Shown: piece after piece, positions 36,080-46,967 of the stretch | Position numbering within the stretch: position 1 is the first letter of the stretch | Layout of the letters: every line of letters starts with the position of its first letter | Origin: Tubiluchus corallicola | Lineage: Eukaryota > Animalia > Priapulida | Length of the DNA stretch: 46,967 nucleotides | Assembly (NCBI GenBank): GCA_030141605.1 | Contig: JAQGDQ010000923.1 | Coordinates: 1 to 46,967 of the forward strand | Direction of reading: 5' to 3' | Notes under the pieces: model-generated | The model's input: the letters and a program-made list of their open reading frames with translations, nothing else | What the model was told of the DNA's origin: nothing | The model's database searches: none | Translations under genes and position numbers: made by a program

Positions 36080-37289
36080 ACGATTATATTACAAGACTAT
36101 AATTACATTTACACAATTATTAGCTAATATTAAAATTATAACACAATCAATGTAGGTATCACCTAAAGTACATAGACCACCAGAAGAAATATTTAGGCCT
36201 AAATAAAAAAATAAGATCACTAAATTCAAAACAATAAGTATACACTAATTATTGTTATTTATTGAAAATAACTACAGATAAAAAAACTTGAATACAAAAC
36301 TGAAACGTATCAGATTGGTGAAAAAAATCTATAACCACACAGTACCACCAGACGTTTATCTACACAAGACTAGGCTAAGCTAGGGCAAATACATGTAAAA
36401 CAATAGAAAGCTTTTTTACTTGGCAAACCTGATTAAAACCTAAAAACTTATTGATCACCGATAGAAAGCAACTAACTTAGACTAATGAAATTTTATTTTT
36501 TTTATTTAAAGTTTATTTCAGCATATAAGAATACCATATAAAGGTTAAAAATTTACACGAAAAATTAAGAAACACTATATGTTACTATTAAAAGCTACGA
36601 AAATTTACAAAAATATAATAAAAATATACACAAAAATTAAAAATGCAAAGCTTCAGTTAAAAAGCCAGCAGTTACTACATCAATAAATCATGCCCATCTT
36701 CTAAATTTTCTACTATAAAGTCTCACATCAGTTTGGTAGCATGCATGACTTACAATAAAATTTGCTGCTAAAAAGCATTCTTGCTCTTAAACTATAGGCA
36801 GAGTGACGCACCAGTACTTTAAAATGTTTTATATTATTTTCTGCACATACTGTATCATAAACATAATATGTGAAAAACCTGTGAAGTGCAATGTTGGTTA
36901 AACCGTATGCTTTGAAATTAGTCCATAAGTTATTACTATTACAACGTAAAAAGAATTACGGGACCACTGACAGAAAAAATATTACGTCGATATGCGAACT
37001 CGCGGCATAAAGTGAAAGCGTAGACGAAAGGTCAATGCCACTGACTATGCGATGTATTTCCTATTGCTTTCAACTATTGTGTAGTCAGCTAACAATGTAA
37101 CAGCAATAAGCTTTGCTTTAATATAATTTACTTTAACGAACTAAACGTAAAAACTATCACAAAAATTATAGACATTTGCAGCGGAAAGAATTTATCAATT
37201 TATTTATCGCAGCCAATCAACGGTAACCAAATTTATGTAATCAGTGGCAACATTTTCGCGAACCCATGGCGCCATCCAGCATCGAATGC

Positions 37290-37900
37290 AGGAAACATGA
37301 TGATTTTCCATATCCTACTCCATATTGAAGTGCTTTGAAAAGTATAGATTTTAACACATATAATATTGGAAAAGCATTTCTGATAACTAAACAATAGATT
37401 AAAATCTTAGTTAACAAACTTAACGGCGAGCGAGCCCAACTATTGACGACGTCACAACTGAACATAATTTTCAGAAGCACAAACATTCCATGAGCGTTTT
37501 GCACATGTTTGCAAAGCGAAAATTGAAATACAGTGCTGCTATACAACATTCCGTGTGTTATATTACAACTCAGGTTTTAAGATAAAAATTTTAAATTTAC
37601 TGCTGTGCTCAAGCATGTGTGTATTACGTCAGAAACAAACAGCTCTGAATTGAGAGGTACAGCACCTGTTTTTCATGCAACGCGTTTCCAAAACGCAGGC
37701 GCTAGCGCTCATCTAACCAACGAACGGCAAAATGCATGTAACAGTGAAAAACTAGTGGCGTTAAAGCGAAATTGCTTTTCTTTGGCAATAATTCTTTCAC
37801 ATAAGTCATTTTGAAAAAAATAGCATGCCGCTTCCTTTCGATATTTTCACAAATAGATTGTTTTGACCAACAGTTTAAAATTGTATACGCTTTTGCTTCG
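37290..37900 (-). mobile_element. MITE family A, diverged copy with decayed ends
   Basis: Colinear similarity to 5081-5702. Confidence 0.8.
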
Positions 37901-38748
37901 AGCATCCTTTCAGAGAGAGAACACCACAAGCGTCTCCTGTGCCCCATTGAACTTCCGAAAGCCGGATGGACTAGTTAACGTTGCTTCGAAACGTTTCCCT
38001 ATCATTTGTGGCTACACTCTACAATTCAAGACGGCAATTTTTTTTCAAAGTTTCAATGAAATGCTGATGCTACAGTTGCCGTTGCTGTTTGTGCTCATGG
38101 CTTGGCTGCTTGGCTATTTTTATGGACACTGTAGACTTCGGCTGCTAGGCGGTAAAGTTAGTTATAATATACGCCTACAGGACTCATAGGGCAAAGTAAG
38201 TAAGTTGGCCTATTAAGTAAAGATTGTCAAAGTTAAATAATTAAAATCTGTAAATGCTACAATTATATTATAATTATCTTTGTCAGACAGCTAACTAACT
38301 TTAGTAATTAACAATAATTCCAATTGTATGAAGTAAATAACCTTAATTTAAATAACTTAACTATTGACCAGTTTATAGTACTTGTAAAGTTCACGTAATA
38401 AGGGCAAAGTTGCAATCCAGGCATATGTTACATATACTAGGGTATTTATTTGTTTCAAGTTCTTCAATTAATATTTCTGTACTTTATCGGCCTGCAAATA
38501 GAGGCCTCGTTTGTATTTATTCATTTGTGTATAAAGTATTTACGTAATAAAGAGATATCATCATTATCATCATTATGTTATCATTATAGACCCATGTAAC
38601 TATTGTACCGGCAGATTGCAAATGATTTATGCCATTTTGTATTAAGGTAGTTTTGTGAATTAATGAAGTGCTTTCCACCGCTTTTAACTTGCTTGTGTTT
38701 ACTAGCTAGTTTTGCACGCTTAAACGCCCCGTGGTTTGTTAGACTTAA

Positions 38749-39350
38749 AGCAAAATTGGACCCAATCTTAAATTGTAGATCAAAACAATCTACTCTTTAA
38801 AATATTGAAAGAAAACATGCTATTTTTTCAAAAATGACTTACATAAAAGAATTATTACTACACAACACAATTTCCCGTTCGCGCTGCTTGTTCTTTGCTG
38901 TTACATGCATTTCGCCATTCGCTAGTTACACGGGCACTAGCGCCTGCATTTCGAAAACGCATTGCACAAAAAACAGGTATTGTACCTCTCAGTTCAGATG
39001 TGTTCGTTTATGCATTCGACAGCTCATGCGTGAGCATAGCGGTAAATTTAAAATTTGAATTTTTATCTTGAAACTTGCCTAGTTTATTACAACACACCGA
39101 ATATCTTACAATAGCACTGTACTTTAGTTTTCGCTTTCGCAAACACGTGTAACAGGCTCATGGAATGTTTTTGCTGTGAAAGTTGTTAGTTTGTGATGTC
39201 ATCAATAGTTGGGAACGGCCGCCGTTTATTATATTTTTAATCTATAATTTAATTATTAGAAACGCTTTTGCAGTATTAATTGTGTGAAAATGTATACTTT
39301 TGATCGGACTTGAAAATGGGATAGTAAATGAAAAATCGTTCTGTTTTCCT
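38749..39350 (+). mobile_element. MITE family A, full-length copy
   Basis: TTAA(38745-38748)|AGCAAAATTGGA ... TTCTGTTTTCCT|TTAA(39351-39354). Confidence 0.85.
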
Positions 39351-40081
39351 TTAACTATACAGTATGTGTAGCAGGTCAAATAATCATGTTCTGAGTGTAG
39401 CATCTTTCTCGCCGAGCACATAATGCAGATCGGGGACCTCATGAAGCATTTGATTTAACATTTTCAAGGGGCGTATGGTTAATAGTTTTGGCAGTAAATA
39501 AGAAAATAGATGCTAACAAACCCTTTTCAGAAAAAACACTGGATTGCTATTTTTATGACTTTCTTAGTACACTGCCCAATTCACACATAGGGCTATAAAA
39601 AGAACCCCTGCGTTCAAATACGCATTGGCTGCATGAATCCCTCGCATTGCATACTCCCCCTGGGTAATTTTCGCCCATAGCCGTGCGCTATATCTTCCTT
39701 AATAACATTTCAAATTGCTACAAAGGCAAAATTATTGTCTCGTAACGTATTGCTCCGAGGAATTATTATTTTTTGCAGGCAGACAGCAGCCACCGGGAAA
39801 TAGAATACACGCGTCCGTATTTAAAAGCAATATGTGTCCACGCATGCATGTAAATTTTGAACGCGTTGGTTGAAAGCATTAGTAAAATTTCTGCAAAATT
39901 ATTAATGGCTTTCATTTTGTATGGCAAGGTTTGCGAGATCCAGAGAGCACATATAGCGCTACCCTAACAAAACCCCCTTAATCTAAAATGCCTCACTTTA
40001 ATACTTTTAGTGCTTGCAGTTTGAATGATTTGTGTACATTTTGCCTACATCAACATCAATTTGCAGCTGTAATGAACTTAA

Positions 40082-40752
40082 AAAGCACAAGAAAATCCTC
40101 CACTTACATAAAACTTAAAAATCGTCTCGAAATTTTATACCACTTACGTACTACCTTTTCGTATGGATGGCTTGCATCGGCCGTAACGCTGTATAAAACG
40201 TGTAAATTTAAACTCCCGCGATGACCGTTAGGCGCAGCCATTTTACCTGTAGGTCGTTTGAAACAAGTTTTGATAACAATAAGTGAAGTTTGAAAAAATA
40301 ATCAGAGCATTCGTAGCATATACGTTGCTAATTAAGTAAAATTTTAAATTACTGTATCTTGTCAATAAGATTAAAAATAAGTTTTTGGCTAGTGAGTGGC
40401 GCACACTCGATGATGAGTTAGCGACATTTTACCAATTGGCACAAACATTTTAAATTATTAGTCTAGTTACATAAGTCTTTCCAGCAGGTAAATGAAATGC
40501 TAAGTAATATAGATTTGCACTGAAAGTTTTTTGGGTCATAATTTAACATTGCCTTTTCTTCACATGATTTACGTGTTTTAGTGTCGTCATGTAATCGCGC
40601 CGTCGGAACAATATTGCGGGAGATTTAAAATGCAAACAAACGATAATTGCTTTCAACGCGAATACGATATGTGCATAAAATTGCTGTAAAGTAGTATAAT
40701 TTTTAAAGGCGATTTTTCTGAAACCTATTTCAGGTACCCCTTTTCTTGTCCT
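40082..40752 (+). mobile_element. MITE family B, full-length copy
   Basis: TTAA..AGCACAAGAAAA ... TTTTCTTGTCCT|TTAA; colinear with 6063-6744. Confidence 0.87.
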
Positions 40753-41125
40753 TTAAGCGGTAGAGCAATGTCTAAGAATGAACCTTTATTCGTGCTAGTA
40801 TATAAAAAAAATGATAAAGTTAATGTTCTCAGGCTAAAAGCAATTTAAAAGGTAAAACTATAAAGATGCAAATAATTTTTAGCTTACTGAAATTACTAAA
40901 GTCGCGTACATAATGAACGTAATTATTATTAGTTGTCTGGAGAAATCTGTAAACAAGCCATTTCTGAGTTCATCGAATACAATGAAAAGGCAGAGGTCTA
41001 CAATCCACGCATCCACAATCCATCCTTCCTCCCACCAGGTATTCACAACCCTTCCTCCGGTTGCATAACACTAAAAAATGGCACATTTTAGTGTTAGAGC
41101 TACTGTGATGGATAATTGTAATAGT

Positions 41126-41513
41126 TATTTTTACCTCCGCCAAGGAAGTTTTACTTCAACTCATTTTGTTTGTCTGCTTGTTTGTTTGTCTGCCTGTTTA
41201 TCTGTATGTTTGTCCGTTTGTTTTGGTTGTTTGTCTGTTTGTATGTATGCGTGTATGTTTGTTTGTTTGTCTGTGTTTGTTTGTTTGTTTGTCTTTTGCA
41301 TGTTATACCAGTATGACTATTACGTAAACCTACTTAGATTTCCACGAAACTTTGAGGAGAAGGTGGGTAGGGACAAGAAAGATGCATTTTGGTGCTGTAG
41401 ATTGGATGTTTTTTCACCCTTTCCTATTTTCACAAAACTTGACCAAACACCACTTAGAAAAGATATTCGCGAAGCACTTCGTGGCGGTCTCAGAGGGAGC
41501 GTTATAGCTCTTT
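41126..41513 (+). mobile_element. Helentron-associated non-autonomous element (HINE/DINE-1-like)
   Basis: T-rich start, subTIR ACCTCCGCCAAG (41133-41144), (GTTT/GTCT)n microsatellite, 3' subTIR CTTCGTGGCGGT (9/12), short hairpin GAGCgttataGCTC followed by TTT. Confidence 0.65.
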
Positions 41514-44500
41514 GGACTCGGCTTCAGGATAGGGTAATTCTTTTTGTTATTTCCACCAGGAAAAAATAAGTTTCAGGTTCCAGTTCGAGAAATCCTCCCT
41601 TGGAAAGCTGTGTATCGCTGTCTATAATCTATGATTATACATGTATGTATCCTCATAAGCTGTCTTAGTTTGTGAATATATTATAAGATATACGATATCT
41701 CTTAGTCTACTACGATCGGCAAAAATTGAAATTTGCAAAAAAAACATACATCAATAAAGCATAAAGTTAGTTTATACTACCACTATATAAAAATTCTCAG
41801 GCGTGATGGTAGCTGCCATTCACTTGAAAGTTATGAGGTAACTGATGGACTTCGTGACTTTTCGTAAGCGCATCGTGGCTTTCACTTCTGCAGACTACCT
41901 AATATTCATGCAAAAAAATCACAAAATTAGTAAAAACTTATTTACAGTATGCTGATTTTGCACAACTGCTGCAATGAACGGCGTCATTTGTGCAAGAATG
42001 AGCTTTCAAGATGATTGCGACTTTAGCGATTTTAGTGAGAGGAAGCGCTTATGGCTTTTTTATTACTAAATCATTCTAACATTTTCGCAAACATTTGAAA
42101 TAAGCCTGACTTCTGTGAAGGCTTCGCCTTTCCTTTAAGTTACATGCAATGAAATGTTCATAGCTTTCACTGTTTGTTCGAGGGGTCATCTTAGTCGACC
42201 ACTGGCTTTATCGGCTTTACCGCATGTGTCTGTTACTTCGAATGACCTTTGCGATGTTTCTGTGAGCTGGCGTGACTACCAGCAAACTAGTGACCGTTTG
42301 TTTTTGACCACTCGGTTGTTTTTAACTGTTTTGCCAGCTTTATAAATTTAACCCACTTGAATACCAAAATTATCGTTGCCTGAGTTTGCCTTTTTTCAGA
42401 CGTAAGAATGAGCATATTTAGTAGGGATAGGATAGGACAGGGACAATGCAAAGGAAGTAGATAATTTTCCTATAAATAATTCTAAGCAACGTATAATTTT
42501 ATATAATCAGTGCCTATATAAGTGAATCCGTCGAAATGAAAAAACCTTGTGAGTTTCAAAATATTTATAGGCTTATATAAAGAAAGCAAATAAATATTTT
42601 ATTTTTTCACGAAAAATTACTTTTCTGTTACATTTATGCATTAAAAGATTTACTTCTAGACCTAAAACATTACAGTGGTTGTGCATTGTATCGCCATGTA
42701 GACTTCAATCAGCTGCACGTCTGAATCCCAGATTACGGAAACTATGTCAGTTATCTCTGGCGTGATTACTAATAATCGAAGAAACTATGTCTGTCTTTGT
42801 GCTTCACTTAATTCATTAACGATAGTCGATGCGTGCGTGACAAGACTGCTTATGCTGCATGTAAACGTTTCCAGAATTTTGCCTTCTATTAAATATTACA
42901 ATATGGAATAATTTCCCCACATTTTCGGCGAAACTGCTTGCTTGTACTACTTGCTATAACGTTTTTATGTTTCGTAGATGGCTCGTTGATTAATGCCAAG
43001 AAAATTTCTTCCCAGCCACTTTTCCCGGGAGCGTTGTAATAGTTGGTTAGATTAACGCTGGGAGGCGTGATAGATCATCATCATCACCATCATCAGGTGA
43101 ACTGTAATGTACTGCTCTCATACATGGAAGAAACAGCTCTAAAACACACCATAACTTGGCGTAACATCGCACAGAACATGTACTGACACCCTGGCAAAAT
43201 GAATTCAAGTAATTGCGTGTAAAGAAAAAATATCTATTCGAAAGTTGTGCAGCGGGTTCTGCTTGTATTTCTCTACTGTCTGCTAGATCGACGATCTCCG
43301 GGGAAAAATGGGAAATTTAGCAGCTCAAATTGAAAAAGACAGAAGCAGAAGCAAGCCTAAGGAGCGTAAGTGAATTATTTTAGTGTTTGTTTCTTTGTAG
43401 TTTAATTTCCTTGAAAGTCATTAGTCATTTGGCTGGCTGGTTCATTTCACTAACAGCTGCACTACCCTTTCACGGTAAAAGACGCCAACTCATTTTTGGC
43501 AAATTTTCAGAAATAAACGAAAATGTTCGTGAATCGAATAAAATTGGCTACATTGAGTACAATGCAATCACATTTTGTCAACAGTGATGTAATTTCAAAA
43601 AGAAACTTGTCAAAACATAAAAAATTTAAGAACTAATTTGTAATTATTAGTTTTTGCTGAATTTTGCACTTGCTGTCTTTGCAATCAGCAAATGTTTTCC
43701 TGGTAAAAGACAGTAAGTCGCTTTACGTCATGCGTTTTTAATTCAATATTCAAGATAAAACACAGAATGCATGCATACATAAGAGTCATAGATTGTAGCA
43801 CTACAAAATTGAAAGGATAAAATGTTATTTTTTATTTAAATGAATTGACTTTATGAGGTATGTACTAGACATCTAAAGAGACTTACGGTCTGTATAGCCC
43901 AACTCGTCATTCTATGATAGAACTTGTCAATTTATTCAAAGTAACACGTAATCTTAGTAAAGAAAATCAAACACCATACCCCTAATCACACAGAATGTTT
44001 ATTAAAAAACAAAGGATAAGCAATATGAAACAACACCATGATATTATGTTTGCGTCCAAATCCACACGGTCATTATTGATGCGTAAGTTGTTATAGAACT
44101 GCCTCATGTTTCTTAGGAGTGCTATCCTAGAGAAGTTTTTTCTAAAAGTGGACAACATAACCAACTACTAAACTCCCAAAAAACGTCAGCTTGAAAAATT
44201 AACAAAATACATTAGTTAAAAGTGCAAAAAAAACAAGATCGGTCACCAAGATTTTGCACAAACAATATAAATTAAAAGAAATTCCTAGAAAATTAGCATT
44301 AAAACAATTGTGACAGTCTAATCTATGATAGTTGAACCTAAAGAATCCATTTCTGTTGCCTTTGTTTCAAAAATGCCGCCGCTTTCCAAACGGCCACCAG
44401 GCGCAAAAACAAATTATACTTATCAGTATTACCAGTATTTTTATCTAAAAAACAAAATAGCAAAATTTTTATCAGTTCGATTTTGTTGACCCTAAAACTG

Positions 44501-44571
44501 CTATTATTGGAAGGAAACAGTCAAACACTCAAAAAACGGTGCAGGGTTCCTTACATAATTATGATCTAGCA

Positions 44572-44722
44572 GAATGGTTAAAAACTTTTGGCTCATTTTG
44601 CCAAAAAAGTTATGAAACTTTGCACAATGCTACCCAATTTATCACCCATCAAGGTGACAAATTCTGGATTTTAGCTCAATCGAAAATCGTCCTAATACGG
44701 CCGCCATTTTCAATATGGCCAA
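44572..44722 (+). repeat. Diverged interspersed repeat (family F)
   Basis: Similar to the reverse complement of 2771-2926. Confidence 0.55.
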
Positions 44723-45615
44723 CAATATGTGGCTGCTACTAGTTTTTAAAAGCCATAATTCTTTTGTCTTTGCTCTTACAACGGCTATGATAACGATTAT
44801 GGTGTCTAACTAATTATCAGTTTTCAAGGTCAAGGAATGCGTATTTCAAATGGTTAAAAACACCCACAACATCACCACAGTTAGGTTTTCATGACGCTGC
44901 CAAGATCACTGCAGCCGCTTGTGTACTGTAATAGCTACATTGCAAGTCAAACTGCCAAATTATAGTAGCATACTTCGAAGATTAGCATATCTAGTAGCAT
45001 ACTAGCAAGATTTTCGAAAATAAAAAAGTGGCTGTAGCTAGCTTATAAAAGCTGTAGGTGACTGCCATGGGCCTTAAAAAATCATCAGCTATGTCAGCGT
45101 TCAGTGGCAGTACTGCATGCTACCAGAATTTCTGCATCTAGAGACAGAAATGAAATAATAACTTTCGTTTTACAGGCGCCATAATTAATTTCATGTATAT
45201 TGGCAGCTGCATCAGGAACTGTCAGGCTGTCAGTGACCACATGTATCCAAATTTTTCTATCAAAATTTATCCATAAAATAAGCTAACGGCTAAGGAATGT
45301 TTGAAGGAAGGGACTGCATCTCAAATTAATGATTAGTAAATGAAGTTACTGTCTTTTACCATAAATGCTAAGAAAAAATAGCTGAGTTACTGTCATTTAC
45401 CGCTTTGCTAACTTCCTTAGTATTGCGAGTTAGAGCCTAACATTGCAGCTGCAAATAGAACAGCACTTGTAAATCATTTTGAACACATTTACGCTAAAAG
45501 ACAGTAACTCGACTTACTGTCTTTTACCAAACACGGTAGTGCACAATTCTGATACATTAAGGGTAGCCTTTAACATGTACAGCACGATCACTGCCACTGA
45601 CACTGATACCAATAG

Positions 45616-45953
45616 CATCATCTCATCATCATCATCGACGTCATCTCAACATCATCATCATCGTCATGATCATCGTCATCATTATCATCATCATCACCAT
45701 CGTCGTCATTATCATCGTCATCATCTCAACATCATCATCATCGTCATGATCATCGTCATCATTATCATCATCATCACCATCGTCGTCATTATCATCGTCA
45801 TCATCATCATCATCATCGTCGTCATCATCACCATCACCATCATTATCATTGCTGTCAGCATTTGATAGCCATCGAGATAATCATCATCATCGTAGCCGTC
45901 GTCGTCATAACCATCATTATCATTATCATCACTGTCGTCGCCTTCATCATCAC
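45616..45953. repeat. Imperfect (CAT)n microsatellite containing an 80-bp tandem duplication
   Basis: 45641-45720 is repeated at 45721-45800. It explains the His/Ile/Met/Asp-rich ORFs. Confidence 0.95.
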
Positions 45954-46203
45954 TGTCTTTCACGAAGTCTCATAATAACCTGTGTGGACAGTATGGTTCT
46001 AAAAGAAAAACCGGTTTCACTCGACCAACTGGTCATTACTAGAAGTATGTTACCATTTACGCCCATAGGCCACTTTGAAGCATAGTGCAATTACACATTA
46101 TCTTTAACAGTTTTGCTATTGATGTTTTTAAAAATCTGCCTTATAAAAATGATTTGTGTTATGTCCATAATCAAAGCTGCGCATTGTCTTTTCCTGCTGT
46201 TAA

Positions 46204-46967
46204 AAGAAGACAGGATGATTTAATACTGCAAAAGCGCTTCTGATAATTAAATAATAGATTAAAAACTTAATTAACGGCGGGCGAGCCCAACTATTGATGA
46301 CATCACAAAATAACATAATTTTCAAAGGCAAAAATATTCCGCGAGCGTCTTGCACGTGTTTGCGAAAGCGAAAATTGAAGTACAGTGCTGCTGTAAGATA
46401 TTCAGTGTGTTGTACTAAAACTAGGCAAGTTTTAAAATAAATATTCAAATTTCTAATTTACCGCTGTGCTCACGCGTGAGGTGTCGAACGTATGTAGTTC
46501 GTCAGAAACTAACACATCTGAACTGAGACCTACAGCACCTGTTTTTGTGCAATGCGATTCCGAAATGCAGGCGCTAGTGCCCGTCTAATTAACGAATGGC
46601 GAAATGCATGTAATAGCGAAGAACTAGTGGCGCGAACGTGAAATTGTGTTCGTGTGGTAATAATTCTTGCACGCAAGTCATTTTTTTAAAAAATAGCATG
46701 TTTCCTTTCAATATCTCGAAGAGTAGATTGTTTTATCCTTCAGTTTAAGATTGGGCACGGTTTTGGTTTAAGCTCGATGTCAATATTAATATTAATGTTG
46801 GTGAAACCGCGATAAGAAACCACTTCAGATGTCTTGCTATTGTTAAAATTTGTGTAGTAAAGGCAATTTTAAAGGGAAAGTAAAGGCAATTTTAGTGTAT
46901 GTCCCGAAAAACTTTCAACACAAAGTTATTTGGCTTCGTCTCACACTTACTTGTTTTTAGATTTTTT
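46204..46967 (-). mobile_element. Second copy of the composite Kolobok-like element (runs off the right edge)
   Basis: TTAA|AAGAAGACAGGATGA start, a full A unit, then sequence matching the reverse complement of about 4120-4360 across the same internal TTAA junction (46768-46771). Confidence 0.85.

Noticed and set aside
45479-46085. His-rich and Asp/Met-rich ORFs
   Set aside because: Translations of a (CAT)n microsatellite.

Overview
AT-rich eukaryotic genomic DNA, probably from an invertebrate animal; the species cannot be determined from the sequence. It is dominated by repeats: four long minisatellite arrays (45, 33, 23 and 31 bp units), several microsatellites, many non-autonomous DNA transposons (Kolobok/T2-like TTAA-AGG MITEs, piggyBac-, hAT-, Harbinger- and Helentron-like), a solo LTR and decayed non-LTR retrotransposons. 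The only convincing protein-coding sequence is an intact single-exon GT11 alpha-1,2-fucosyltransferase (FUT1/FUT2-like) at 13942-15054. The main result is that this gene lies inside a 6757-bp unit (12738-19494) bounded by perfect 14-bp hAT-type terminal inverted repeats and an exact 8-bp target-site duplication (ACTACTAG). The unit looks like a composite, Pack-type macrotransposon built from two related MITE ends, which appears to have moved a host glycosyltransferase gene. Most other ORFs in the track are repeat artefacts. All coordinates and alignments were read by eye.
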